Source: Elusimicrobiales bacterium
GTDB lineage: Bacteria > Elusimicrobiota > Elusimicrobia > Elusimicrobiales > UBA9959
DNA: 38,405 nucleotides
Reading direction: 5' to 3'
Assembly: GCA_049972095.1 (NCBI GenBank)
Contig: JBMFKQ010000011.1
Coordinates: 4,892 to 43,296 of the forward strand
Below, in pieces: positions 28,685-38,348 of the stretch. Position numbers and translations under genes: made by a program. The notes beneath the pieces were generated by a model, which made no database searches, had not been told where the DNA came from, and saw only the letters and a list, made by a program, of their open reading frames with translations. The stretch's first letter is position 1, and each line of letters opens with the position of its first letter.

Positions 28685-29140
28685 ATGAAAATAAAAGCTT
28701 TTATATCTATATCCTTCTTTTATCTTCTTGTCCCCACCTTTATAAACGCTTCAGAAGGAATTGGTTTTGTTATTGGCAAACCATCAGGAGTTGTTTTAAA
28801 TATTTTATCAACAAGATTAGATAAATCTATTAATTTTACTCTCTCATGGAAAAGTTCATCTGATAAATACTTAAAGATCTCTGCTGATCAAATCTTTTAT
28901 GTAAGAAAAGGGTATGAAAAAAAGGGTTATGAGACGGAAGTTTTTCATTTATTTTATGGCTATGGTGGTGGTATCATTTTTGATAACGGAACAGATCTTT
29001 CCCTAAGGCTACCACTTGGAATAAAAAAAGATTTTGGCAATATAGACATTTTTTTAGAATTTACTCCCTTTTTGAAACTTGTTAAAGAGACTAAAGGTGA
29101 TGCGGATATAGTTGTGGGGGCGAGGTATTATTTTAAATGA
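28685..29140 (+). CDS. Small outer-membrane beta-barrel protein (DUF3996-like)
   Basis: Signal peptide; GIGFVIGKPSG, FYGYGGG, LRLPLG, DIFLEFTP, C-terminal GARYYF. Confidence 0.75.
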   Translation: MKIKAFISISFFYLLVPTFINASEGIGFVIGKPSGVVLNILSTRLDKSINFTLSWKSSSDKYLKISADQIFYVRKGYEKKGYETEVFHLFYGYGGGIIFDNGTDLSLRLPLGIKKDFGNIDIFLEFTPFLKLVKETKGDADIVVGARYYFK

Positions 29141-29192
29141 AAAAGATTTTTTCATAGCTCTTTTTATCTCATTAATCTACGCCCAAATGTGA
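29137..29192 (+). pseudogene. Relic 5' end of a secreted-protein gene (frameshifted signal peptide)
   Basis: ATG 29137 overlaps the upstream stop. As sequenced it reads MKKIFS*; one extra T in the T6 tract (29147-29152) gives MKKIFFIALFISLIYAQM*. Confidence 0.45.
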
Positions 29193-29287
29193 GAAGTAAG
29201 GCATAGGTTGTGTGGCTATTCTAAATCTTAAATTTCGGATTATAAGAAGAACAATTTAGGGTGCTAACTTTTGTCTTGATGTGAGAG
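29189..29287 (+). repeat. Degenerate heptamer repeat tract (copy 1)
   Basis: GTGAGAA-GTAAGGC; TCTAAAT-CTTAAAT-TTCGGAT; TCTTGAT-GTGAGAG. Shares GTGAGAAGT and TAAATCTTRAAT with the 32293 tract. Confidence 0.5.
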
Positions 29288-29288
29288 G

Positions 29289-29786
29289 TTATCTATTTAT
29301 CTCTTCAAACTCACCCTTTTCTTTGTTTTTCCTAACATTATACCAGTTGAAATACCTTCCATTCATTGCTATATAGACACCATGTGGCAGGACCTGAACA
29401 AATGATATGGCACTTCCTAAATTGAACATACCATCAGAAGAACCAAATCTATATGGAATCATTGCACCTGTTAATACCACCGTCTTATTCTTTATTCTTT
29501 TACCAAGAAGTTTCGCTGTCTCAACCATTGTATCGGTACCATGGGTGATTACTATATTTTTTTCTTTGCTTTTAATACACTCCTTTGCAATTATCTCTCT
29601 GTGTTCTTTTTTCATAAAAAGACTGTCTATCATCATCAACTTTTTAATAACATATCTGACCCTGCATCTTCCAAGTTCAAGCATTTCCTTTATATGTGTA
29701 TCCCTAAAGAAAAGCTCACCAGTAATTTCATTATATTCCTTATCAAAAGTTCCACCCGTCACTATTATCTTTATGACCATAACCAA
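29289..29786 (-). CDS. Short L-asparaginase (N-terminal domain only)
   Basis: VTGGTFDK, IDSL, THGTDTM, LTGAM, SDG; 165 aa with no C-terminal domain. Confidence 0.9.
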   Translation of the reverse strand: MVMVIKIIVTGGTFDKEYNEITGELFFRDTHIKEMLELGRCRVRYVIKKLMMIDSLFMKKEHREIIAKECIKSKEKNIVITHGTDTMVETAKLLGKRIKNKTVVLTGAMIPYRFGSSDGMFNLGSAISFVQVLPHGVYIAMNGRYFNWYNVRKNKEKGEFEEINR

Positions 29787-29801
29787 AACTTTCGATAAAA
29801 A

Positions 29802-31235
29802 CTACTTTACTTTTCTACTATCCATGTAAAAAGCATAGTAGGCTTTATATGTCATATAAAGATCAAGCTTTGATGAAACCTCACATGGAGCATGCATAGA
29901 AAGCAATCCAACACCACAATCAACAACCTGCATACCATATCTTGCAAGGTAATGTGCTATTGTGCCACCTCCTCCTTCATCAACCTTTCCAAGCTCACCC
30001 GTTTGCCAAACAATTTTATTTTCATCAAAGATCCTCCTTATCTGGGCAACAAACTCTGCATTAGCATCTGATGCACCACTTTTCCCACCCCTTCCGGTAT
30101 ATTTGGTTACACACACACCGTAATTCATAAGTGCTGTATTTTTTTTCTCTGATACTGAAGGAAATAGTGGATCAAATAGAGAATTAACATCAGCAGAAAG
30201 CATCCATGAATTTTTAAGTGATCTTTTAAGTTTTATATCACTGTATGCACCATAATATCTTTCAATAACCTCAGCTACAGCATATTCAAACGAATTAGAT
30301 GCCATGCCTGTAGCGCCATATGAACCTATCTCCTCTTTATCTACAAGAATTAAACATGATGTATAATCCGGATCTTTTACTTCCCCAAATGCTACAAGTG
30401 CAGCATATGCACAGGCTCTATCATCCTGACCATAAGCAATTATCATTGATCTATCAAAACCAAGCTCTTGCGGCTTTAGTGCCGGCACCACCTCAAGTTC
30501 TGCAGAAATAAAATCCTTTTCAGATATACCATAATCTTTCAAAAGTATATTTATTATATTCTTCTTAACCTTCTCCTTAACATCCTTATTCTTCAGGGGA
30601 ACTGAACCCACAAGTATGTCAAGATTTTCTCCCTCAATAGCTTCTGAAAGAGTTTTTTTCATCTGGTTTTGGGCAAGATGAGGAAGAAGATCAGTAATAC
30701 AGAAAACAGGTTCACCTTCTTTTTCCCCCACAACAATCTTCACCATCTCACCATTCTTCTTAACAACAACACCATGAAGAGCAAGTGGTAAGGTAAGCCA
30801 TTGATACTTTTTTATTCCGCCATAGTAGTGAGTATCAAGATAACATAACTCTGAGTTTTCATAAAGAGGGTTTTGTTTTATATCTATTCTTGGAGAATCT
30901 ATGTGCGCTCCAACAATATTCATCCCATTTTCAATCTCTCTTTTCCCTATTATAAAAGCAAAAAGTGTTTTACCATGTTCAGAAACATAAACCTTGTCTC
31001 CTTCTTTTAGAGTTTTCAAACTATCAATCTTCTTAAAACCAAATCTTTCAAGCATAGCAACTGACATATCATGAAACTCCCTTTCAGTTTTTGCCAGTCC
31101 AATAAAACTCATATATCTTTTAGAATATTCTTCTATTTCCAATTTTTGTTTTTCAGAAATAATACTCCATCCATTCTTTCTATCATAAAATATATCATCT
31201 TTCTTCTTTATTTTCTTTGCTGTTTTAGTTTTCAT
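29802..31235 (-). CDS. M18 family aminopeptidase
   Basis: AKTERE, GAHIDSPR, HYYGGIKKYQW, GQDDR, DKEEIGS, SADV, GGGTI, SMH. Confidence 0.95.
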   Translation of the reverse strand: MKTKTAKKIKKKDDIFYDRKNGWSIISEKQKLEIEEYSKRYMSFIGLAKTEREFHDMSVAMLERFGFKKIDSLKTLKEGDKVYVSEHGKTLFAFIIGKREIENGMNIVGAHIDSPRIDIKQNPLYENSELCYLDTHYYGGIKKYQWLTLPLALHGVVVKKNGEMVKIVVGEKEGEPVFCITDLLPHLAQNQMKKTLSEAIEGENLDILVGSVPLKNKDVKEKVKKNIINILLKDYGISEKDFISAELEVVPALKPQELGFDRSMIIAYGQDDRACAYAALVAFGEVKDPDYTSCLILVDKEEIGSYGATGMASNSFEYAVAEVIERYYGAYSDIKLKRSLKNSWMLSADVNSLFDPLFPSVSEKKNTALMNYGVCVTKYTGRGGKSGASDANAEFVAQIRRIFDENKIVWQTGELGKVDEGGGGTIAHYLARYGMQVVDCGVGLLSMHAPCEVSSKLDLYMTYKAYYAFYMDSRKVK

Positions 31236-31249
31236 CTAAATCTCCTCAC

Positions 31250-31576
31250 TTACATAACTATATCTTTGAAAAACCTAAGTATCCTTACAGAAAGATAAAT
31301 TCCTATAATCCCAATAAAAACAAGGGGGATACCAATAAGAGCTCCAATAAAAGTGGTTGAAAGAATAAGCCCTATCGTTACAAAGAGAAAAGATATAAGA
31401 ACAAAGATTAAGAAAATAAAAGCAATAAATCTGTTGCCTTTTTTATAAACTCTAAAAAAAAATCTATTTTGAGTTTTTTGATATCTATAACCGCTAACAA
31501 TCTCAGGCTCTATATAAATCTTATCATCATTTCTATTGGAATTAATACATCTTACTATTAGATTATCACCCTTCAT
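31250..31576 (-). CDS. Hypothetical small membrane protein (2 TM)
   Basis: Hydrophobic hairpin FIAFIF...STTFIGALIGIPL; fills the gap between co-oriented genes. Confidence 0.7.
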   Translation of the reverse strand: MKGDNLIVRCINSNRNDDKIYIEPEIVSGYRYQKTQNRFFFRVYKKGNRFIAFIFLIFVLISFLFVTIGLILSTTFIGALIGIPLVFIGIIGIYLSVRILRFFKDIVM

Positions 31577-31618
31577 TAAACCTATTATACAAAAAACTGA
31601 AACATAAAAACTCTGCTT

Positions 31619-32269
31619 TCAAAATCCTTCACTTAAAGCTTCATTGATCTCATCTATAAATTCATTACTGTCATCAAATCTATATATTTTTCCTTTTAAT
31701 TTAAATGATATTGAGGCAGAATGCAGAAACATCCTTTTAAAAAAAGATTGTTTCTCTTTATCTCCATATAGCTGATCTCCAACAATAGGGTGACCTATAC
31801 TGTAGAGATGAACACGTATTTGATGCCTTCTGCCTGTGTGTGGAAAAACTTCAATAAGGCTAAATCTTCTAAAAAAAGACAAAGGTTTTATCACTGTAGT
31901 TGATGGTTTCCCTTCATCAGAAACTGCCGATCTCCCTGATGAAAACTCTTTTATTGGTTTATCAACAATTAATCTGCTACTGATTCTTCCCCACACAAGT
32001 GCAAGATATCTTTTAAAAACCTTTCTTTTTTCAAACAAGATTGAAAGCTCCCTATGAGACAGTGGATTTTTAGCAAAAACAACAATGCCTGATGTCTCCA
32101 TATCTATTCTATGAACTACAAATATACTTTGATAAATATCTCTCAGCATATCTACAACCGATGGAATATCAGCAAGACTACCTCTCCCTCTTACAACACA
32201 TATTCCCTCTTTTTTTGATACAACAACTAAATCTTCATCTTCATAAATAATCCTGAATGGATTACTCAT
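31619..32269 (-). CDS. RluA family pseudouridine synthase
   Basis: IIYED, HRIDMETSG, TGRRHQIRVH, GHPIVGD, MFLH. Confidence 0.95.
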   Translation of the reverse strand: MSNPFRIIYEDEDLVVVSKKEGICVVRGRGSLADIPSVVDMLRDIYQSIFVVHRIDMETSGIVVFAKNPLSHRELSILFEKRKVFKRYLALVWGRISSRLIVDKPIKEFSSGRSAVSDEGKPSTTVIKPLSFFRRFSLIEVFPHTGRRHQIRVHLYSIGHPIVGDQLYGDKEKQSFFKRMFLHSASISFKLKGKIYRFDDSNEFIDEINEALSEGF

Positions 32270-32292
32270 ACAAGGAATTATATATAATATAG

Positions 32293-32365
32293 GTGAGAAG
32301 TGAAAGGTAAGAGGTAAAACGATTTTAAATGTTGGATGTTAAATCTTGAATGTTAGATCTTTTAG
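32293..32365 (+). repeat. Degenerate heptamer tandem repeats, two unit types (copy 2)
   Basis: GTGAGAA GTGAAAG GTAAGAG GTAAAAC, then GAT, then TTTAAAT GTTGGAT GTTAAAT CTTGAAT GTTAGAT CTTTTAG. Confidence 0.75.
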
Positions 32366-32371
32366 AAGACG

Positions 32372-33889
32372 ATGAGTTTTTTTATTTTGCTTTCGTTATT
32401 AGTTTTTGGAGAAAACAAAGAATTTAATGAAGAAATAATATATTCTCTAATATTCAAATCCTATGATTCAAAACACCTCAAATCAATAATCAAAGATACA
32501 AAAAAAGGAATAGGGGGTATTCATCTTCTATGGGGGAATTACAACATAAAAGATACCCAAAAACTCACATCCTTAATATACTCAAACTCTCATAATCTTC
32601 CACCATTTATAGCAATAGATTATGAAGGTGGAAGTGTATATCTTCACCAAACACACGGACTTATGAATCTACCATCTAATATGGCTATTGGAAGATCAGC
32701 TGATAAATCAAATACCACAACACTTTTTTATATTGCAGGGCTTGAGCTAAAAAAAGCAGGGATAAATATGGTTTTTGCACCAGATGTTGATGTTAACACT
32801 GAAATCAAAAATCCCATAATAAATATAAGAGCATTTTCAGATAATCCTCAAAGCGTATATGAAATGGCAAAATCAGTTATAACAGGACTAAAAGCAGCAG
32901 GCATAATAAACACATTAAAACACTTTCCAGGGCATGGGATGGTTGATAATGATCCACATCTAACACTTCCGCAAACATACATTGATCCTATTGAACTCTA
33001 TAAAACACATATATATCCCTTTAGAAAATTAATAGAAGAAAAACAAGCAGACGCAATAATGGTTTCACACATTCTATATACCCAGCTTGACAGCCACTAT
33101 CCTGCGAGTATGTCAGATACAGTTATAAAAAGAATACTTAGAGAACAACTAAACTTTGACGGATTGATAATTACAGACAGCCTTGATATGAAAGCAATCT
33201 CCTCACATATATCAGTTGAAAATGCAGCACTTACCGCGCTTAAAAATGGTGCTGATATGGTTCTCATAGGCAGCTACCCTACTAAAAAAGTTATCAAAAG
33301 AATAAAAAAAGCAGCTGAAAATGGCGAGATAGACACAAACGAGCTTATAGAGAAATATGAAAGGATAAAAAGGATAAAAGAAAAATACAACCTTAAAAAC
33401 TTTTCACTATACCATGACGATTTTGACCTTGCATATAAGCAAGTAGCGGAAAAAATATCATATGCTTCAATAAATATAAAAAAATGTAAAGGAATTTCAA
33501 ACATCAGGTTTAGCAAAAATCTTGATCTTCTTTTACTACTGCCTGAAAGATATTTAAATGACACTATATCTCTCTATAGCGCTGTAAAGGAGATAAATTC
33601 ACTAACTACAATCTACACCGATCTTACAAAACTTCCTGAGAGAAACAAAGAAGAATCATCTATTATAGTTATAGCGTATTTCTGGCCATACATTGCTGAT
33701 AAGAAAATAGATGAGATTAGCAAAATCACAAAAAATTATTCCTATTCTGTCTATATAAACACACTTAATCCATATGATTCATTGGTTTTAAGTGATAAAT
33801 TCGACTGTATCATTGAGACTTTTGGAATAAATGAATTTTCTATGAAAGCAGTGTCTTTTAAAATGAAAGAACTTTCTTTCTCAAATTGA
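32372..33889 (+). CDS. Glycoside hydrolase family 3, NagZ-like beta-N-acetylglucosaminidase, two-domain, probably exported
   Basis: AIDYEGG, APDVDV, IRAF, KHFPGHG..DPH, IMVSH, ITDSLDM, GADM. Confidence 0.9.
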   Translation: MSFFILLSLLVFGENKEFNEEIIYSLIFKSYDSKHLKSIIKDTKKGIGGIHLLWGNYNIKDTQKLTSLIYSNSHNLPPFIAIDYEGGSVYLHQTHGLMNLPSNMAIGRSADKSNTTTLFYIAGLELKKAGINMVFAPDVDVNTEIKNPIINIRAFSDNPQSVYEMAKSVITGLKAAGIINTLKHFPGHGMVDNDPHLTLPQTYIDPIELYKTHIYPFRKLIEEKQADAIMVSHILYTQLDSHYPASMSDTVIKRILREQLNFDGLIITDSLDMKAISSHISVENAALTALKNGADMVLIGSYPTKKVIKRIKKAAENGEIDTNELIEKYERIKRIKEKYNLKNFSLYHDDFDLAYKQVAEKISYASINIKKCKGISNIRFSKNLDLLLLLPERYLNDTISLYSAVKEINSLTTIYTDLTKLPERNKEESSIIVIAYFWPYIADKKIDEISKITKNYSYSVYINTLNPYDSLVLSDKFDCIIETFGINEFSMKAVSFKMKELSFSN

Positions 33890-33912
33890 TATAATATCGT
33901 TATGGAGAATTT

Positions 33913-35139
33913 ATGCACAGGATAATAGGTTTTTTTGGAATATTTATATTGATCTTCATAGCGTATATATTTAGTAGAAACAGAAAATCAATAAACTGGA
34001 AGACTGTTATAATGGGCAGTCTGATACAATTTATCTTTGCATTTATGGTTTTAAAATTTCCACCTGGAAGAAGATTTTTTGAATTAATGAACGATGTAAT
34101 AATAAAGATAATCTCATTTGCAACAGATGGATCAAAATTTGTTTTTGGCTCACTTGCTCAAAACAACACTCTTGGTTTTATATTTGCATTTCAGGTGCTT
34201 CCAACAATAATATTTTTCTCCTCACTTATGTCAGTTTTATATTATCTTGGTGTAATGCAAAAGATAGTTGTGTTTTTTGCAAAGATAATGACAAGATTTA
34301 TGGGAACAAGCGGTGCAGAATCATTATCTGCAAGTGCAAATATTTTTGTGGGGCAGACTGAAGCCCCACTGGTTGTGAAGCCTTACGTAAGTGAGATGAC
34401 TCAAAGCGAACTTATGGCAGTAATGAGTGGTGGAATGGCAACGATAGCAGGTGGGGTTATGGCAGCATATGTTGGAATACTAAAAGACTATATTCCCGAT
34501 ATAGCAGGACATCTTCTTGCTGCTTCAATAATGAGTGCCCCTGCATCGCTTGTTATGGCAAAGATAATAATACCAGAAACAGAGCAACCAAAGACAAAAG
34601 GTAAGGTAAATATACATATTGAGATAACTGACGCAAACATAATAGATGCAGCAGCAAATGGCGCTACAACAGGACTTACACTTGCATTGAATGTTGGAAC
34701 ATGTTTGATTGCCTTTATGGGACTTCTCTCTCTTGGAAACTATATCGTTGGACTTATTTATCAAGGACTTACACTTGAAAGAATAATGGGGTGGATATTT
34801 TATCCAATAGCTTGGATTATGGGAGTTCCATCAAATGATTTAACAAAGGTTGCTGAGTGGATGGGACAGAAAACTGTATTAAATGAGTTTGTTGCTTATT
34901 TTAATATGGCAGAGTTTATCAAAAACAATCCTGGGGTAATATCAGAGAAAGCAGCAATTATTGCCTCCTACGCCCTTTGTGGATTTTCTAACTTTCTTTC
35001 AATAGCAATTCAAATAGGTGGAATAGGCGGTATAGCTCCTACAAGAAGGCATGATCTTGCAAGATTAGGGTTATATGCTGTACTTGCAGGTTCATTAGCA
35101 TGCTTTATGACAGCAGCAATAGCAGGGATGCTTATATAA
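33913..35139 (+). CDS. nupC: Concentrative nucleoside transporter (CNT/NupC family)
   Basis: FAFQVLPTIIFFS, NIFVGQTEAP, GMATIAG, NEFVAY, ALCGFSN. Confidence 0.95.
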   Translation: MHRIIGFFGIFILIFIAYIFSRNRKSINWKTVIMGSLIQFIFAFMVLKFPPGRRFFELMNDVIIKIISFATDGSKFVFGSLAQNNTLGFIFAFQVLPTIIFFSSLMSVLYYLGVMQKIVVFFAKIMTRFMGTSGAESLSASANIFVGQTEAPLVVKPYVSEMTQSELMAVMSGGMATIAGGVMAAYVGILKDYIPDIAGHLLAASIMSAPASLVMAKIIIPETEQPKTKGKVNIHIEITDANIIDAAANGATTGLTLALNVGTCLIAFMGLLSLGNYIVGLIYQGLTLERIMGWIFYPIAWIMGVPSNDLTKVAEWMGQKTVLNEFVAYFNMAEFIKNNPGVISEKAAIIASYALCGFSNFLSIAIQIGGIGGIAPTRRHDLARLGLYAVLAGSLACFMTAAIAGMLI

Positions 35140-35159
35140 AACATTCTACCGTAAGTATT

Positions 35160-36068
35160 TTAATCAAATCTCCCAACTGTTATCTGTTCAAGCTCAAGCA
35201 TTATACCTGTTTTTTTGTAAACCTCATCCCTTACAATATTTATAAGCCTATATATATCAGACGAAGTAGCGTTTCCGGTGTTTACTATAAAGCCAGCATG
35301 TTTTTCAGAGACCTTTGCTCCACCAACAGATCTTCCTTTAAGTCCGCATTCATCTATAAGTTTAGAGGCATAGCTTTTTTTAGGTCTTTTAAAGACACTT
35401 CCTGCAGAGGGTAACTCAAGAGGTTGTTTTAAAATCCTTTTTGATATTATCTCGTTTCTTCTTCTTTCAAGCAACTCTTTGTTTTTCTTATCAAGAACAA
35501 AAAAAGCAGATGTTATAAAATAGTCTTCAACCCCTTCAACATACCTATAGCTATATCTAATATTCCTTTTGTATATCCTTTCAAGCTTAAAATTTTTAAG
35601 ATTAATAGCATCAAAATACTCAATCTTATCAAAAACTTCGCTTTCAAATGCCCCCGCATTCATCCTAACAGCTCCACCAATACTTCCAGGTATATAAGAA
35701 AGATTCTCAAGTCCTCCAAGTCCTCTTGAAATAGCCTCTTTTATCATATCATCAAGAAGACACCCACATTCTGCATCAAGATAATAATCATTAAAACTAT
35801 ATCTGTTCATCTTATCTGTTTTTATAAAAACACCATCAAAACCATAATCACTCACAAGAATATTCGTTGCCCTTCCACAGATAAAGTAAGAAATGTTATG
35901 AGATTTTAAAAAATCAATAAGTTCTAAGACTTCGCTGATTGACTGAGGATAGAAAACTGCACTTACAATACCGCCTGTTTTGTATGATGTGAAATCAGAT
36001 GCCTTTACATTAAAAACAACATTTCCATTAAACTTTTTTTCAATCTCATACCATACAGATCCTTTCAT
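35160..36068 (-). CDS. murB: UDP-N-acetylmuramate dehydrogenase
   Basis: [54 protein letters not shown]. Confidence 0.96.
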   Translation of the reverse strand: MKGSVWYEIEKKFNGNVVFNVKASDFTSYKTGGIVSAVFYPQSISEVLELIDFLKSHNISYFICGRATNILVSDYGFDGVFIKTDKMNRYSFNDYYLDAECGCLLDDMIKEAISRGLGGLENLSYIPGSIGGAVRMNAGAFESEVFDKIEYFDAINLKNFKLERIYKRNIRYSYRYVEGVEDYFITSAFFVLDKKNKELLERRRNEIISKRILKQPLELPSAGSVFKRPKKSYASKLIDECGLKGRSVGGAKVSEKHAGFIVNTGNATSSDIYRLINIVRDEVYKKTGIMLELEQITVGRFD

Positions 36069-37279
36069 TTAGAAAGAACTTGAGCAATTCTTTTGAAAGC
36101 CCAGTCAATCTCCTTCTTTGTTATAACAAGAGGTGGTGCAAATCTTATAACCATCTCATGGGTTTCCTTTGCAAGAACACCTACCTTCATAAGCTCTTCA
36201 CAATACGGCCTTGCCTTAGTATCCAGCTCAACACCTATAAAAAGTCCTTTCCCTCTTATTTCTTTTATGTGGGGGCCACTTATTGTCTTTAACCTTGACA
36301 TAAAATACTCACCCATCTCCAAAGATCTCTCAACAAGCTTTTCATCCTCTATAACCCTTATAGCCTCTCTTGCAACAGCACATGCTAAAGGATTCCCACC
36401 AAATGTTGAGCCATGATCCCCTGGATTGAAAACCCCAAGTATCTCTTTTGAAGATACCACTGCAGAAACAGGCATAACCCCCCCACCAAGGGCTTTCCCA
36501 AGACACATCATATCAGGCTTTACACCCTCCCAATCACAGCAGAATTTTTTACCTGTTCTTCCAAAACCAGTTTGAATTTCGTCTGCTATAAAAAGAAGAT
36601 TATTTTTCCTACATATATCATACGCTTTTTTAATATATCCTTCCGGTGGTAATTTCACACCTGCCTCTCCCTGTATTGGCTCAACGATAAACGCAACAGT
36701 ATTTGGGGTAATCGCCTTTTCAAACTCATTTATATCACCATATTTAACTATCTTAAAACCCGGGGTAAAAGGACCAAAACCATCCCTGTATTGTGGCTCT
36801 GTTGAAAATGAGATAACAGTTACTGTTCTTCCATGAAAGTTATCAGTGGCTGCAATAATCTCTGCTTTATCTTCAGGAACCTTTTTTACCTTATATCCCC
36901 ATTTCCTTGCTGTTTTAATGGCAGTCTCAACTGCCTCAGTACCACTGTTCATTGGAAGACACATCTCATAGCCTGTAAACTCACACAGCTCTTTAAAGAA
37001 AGGTCCTATCTGGTCGTTATTAAACGCCCTTGATGTAAGTGTAAGTTTTTTCGCCTGCCTTATAAGAGCTCTTATTATTCTCGGATGCCTATGTCCATGA
37101 TTTAGTGCAGAATAAGCACTTAACATATCTATATACCTGTTTCCATCGATATCTCTCACCCACACACCCCTACCCTGAGTTATAACCACAGGAAGAGGAT
37201 GATAATTATGTGCTCCATATTTTTCTATAAGCTCATTAAGATTTAAAGTTTTTTTAGTCAATTTAACTGTATTTTCCAT
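36065..37279 (-). CDS. rocD: Ornithine aminotransferase
   Basis: [64 protein letters not shown]. Confidence 0.96.
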   Translation of the reverse strand: MENTVKLTKKTLNLNELIEKYGAHNYHPLPVVITQGRGVWVRDIDGNRYIDMLSAYSALNHGHRHPRIIRALIRQAKKLTLTSRAFNNDQIGPFFKELCEFTGYEMCLPMNSGTEAVETAIKTARKWGYKVKKVPEDKAEIIAATDNFHGRTVTVISFSTEPQYRDGFGPFTPGFKIVKYGDINEFEKAITPNTVAFIVEPIQGEAGVKLPPEGYIKKAYDICRKNNLLFIADEIQTGFGRTGKKFCCDWEGVKPDMMCLGKALGGGVMPVSAVVSSKEILGVFNPGDHGSTFGGNPLACAVAREAIRVIEDEKLVERSLEMGEYFMSRLKTISGPHIKEIRGKGLFIGVELDTKARPYCEELMKVGVLAKETHEMVIRFAPPLVITKKEIDWAFKRIAQVLSK

Positions 37280-37300
37280 AAACTACCCCCTATTTTGTAA

Positions 37301-38029
37301 CTAAAATCTTATTCCAAGCCCAAAATTATAAGCATTTTGAGAATGAAGCTTGCTATAAGCTGCATATATATAAGCAAGTGGTATCGGACAAAATCTCAAT
37401 CCAAAAGAGTATCTTGTCTTTGAAACAGACTCAGATATACCATCAAGTCCTACACCAAGATTTTTTGTCTCAAGCCTTGTTTTATCTATCCCCCCACCAA
37501 CAAAAGGCTTTACAATGGGAAGATCCCATGACCCTACAACATCAAATGAGATATGACTTCCTTTGAAATACTTAAAATCCACACTATCATAATAAAAAAG
37601 TGCTGATAAATCAGGCATAAACTTAGAAAGCATACCGGATTTAAATATATTATATCCAACACCACCACCTATCAACCTTAAACCAGAATAATCAAAACCT
37701 CTTAGAATAACATTAAAACCTATAAAAGGAAGGCCGACAGATGCATGAATCATTGGTATGCCAAACGCATCAACACCGGCATTTTTTAGTATTAAGTTAT
37801 CAGGTGATGGTTTCCTCTGAACTGCAAGATCAAACCCAATATCAAATCCCGGAAAACCAACTGTTCTTCCACTGCTGAAATCATTTGCCCCAACAACACC
37901 TCCAAAATCTTTAACAAATGGTTTAAGATAGTTATTCTGGAAGTATTGTTTAAAATCATCAAACGGTCCAGCAAAAAGAGAAGATAAAAAAACACATAAT
38001 GTTAAAGCAACAAATAATATTTTCTTCAT
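37301..38029 (-). CDS. Outer-membrane beta-barrel protein (DUF6588-like)
   Basis: Signal peptide ending SLFA; PMIHASVGLP, GGGVGY, PFVGGGID; C-terminal NFGLGIRF beta-signal; GGAGG SD. Confidence 0.75.
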   Translation of the reverse strand: MKKILFVALTLCVFLSSLFAGPFDDFKQYFQNNYLKPFVKDFGGVVGANDFSSGRTVGFPGFDIGFDLAVQRKPSPDNLILKNAGVDAFGIPMIHASVGLPFIGFNVILRGFDYSGLRLIGGGVGYNIFKSGMLSKFMPDLSALFYYDSVDFKYFKGSHISFDVVGSWDLPIVKPFVGGGIDKTRLETKNLGVGLDGISESVSKTRYSFGLRFCPIPLAYIYAAYSKLHSQNAYNFGLGIRF

Positions 38030-38319
38030 ACCACCTCCTCACCGATATTATATAATATTTTTTGCAATCTTTAGCAATGTTAGTTTTCTTTGGGTTATGT
38101 CAATATTTATATGTAAATTGGATTTAGAGAACTTTTGGTAAATTTAGAAAATTTTCTTTTTTCTCTCTGCTTAAATTTTTTAAATTCAGAAATCTTCTTT
38201 TAATTTTGCCAATTAATCGCTTTTAAGGGAAAGGAGGTTTTTATTTTCTATCCTCACACTTTTTTATTAGTTTATCAATTTCCACACTTTATTTTACATA
38301 ACCCCGCTCTTACACATTA

Positions 38320-38348
38320 TTGACAGCCATAGGCAAGAATGATAAAAT
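38320..38348 (+). promoter_or_regulatory. Near-consensus sigma70 promoter with extended -10, for a gene at or beyond the right edge
   Basis: TTGACA (38320-38325), 17 nt, TAAAAT (38343-38348), TG at 38340-38341. A possible CDS starts at ATG 38378 (MKKGEERVL...). Confidence 0.75.

Noticed and set aside
28633..28824. 63-aa ORF overlapping the small barrel gene
   Set aside because: Out of frame with 28685-29140 and spans its promoter.
32293..32365. CRISPR array or coding repeat
   Set aside because: Units are 7 bp with no spacers, no cas genes are present, and an in-frame TAG (32363-32365) blocks extension of the GH3 ORF.
2893..37995. Other short ORFs in the track overlapping called genes (e.g. 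2893-3342, 8129-8470, 29407-29829, 35100-35414, 36093-36416)
   Set aside because: They lie opposite or out of frame within well-supported genes; the F/S/I-rich composition is typical of antisense frames.
38251..38320. oriC call from DnaA-like boxes
   Set aside because: No perfect TTATCCACA; the best match (ATTTCCACA) has two mismatches and dnaA is not in the window.
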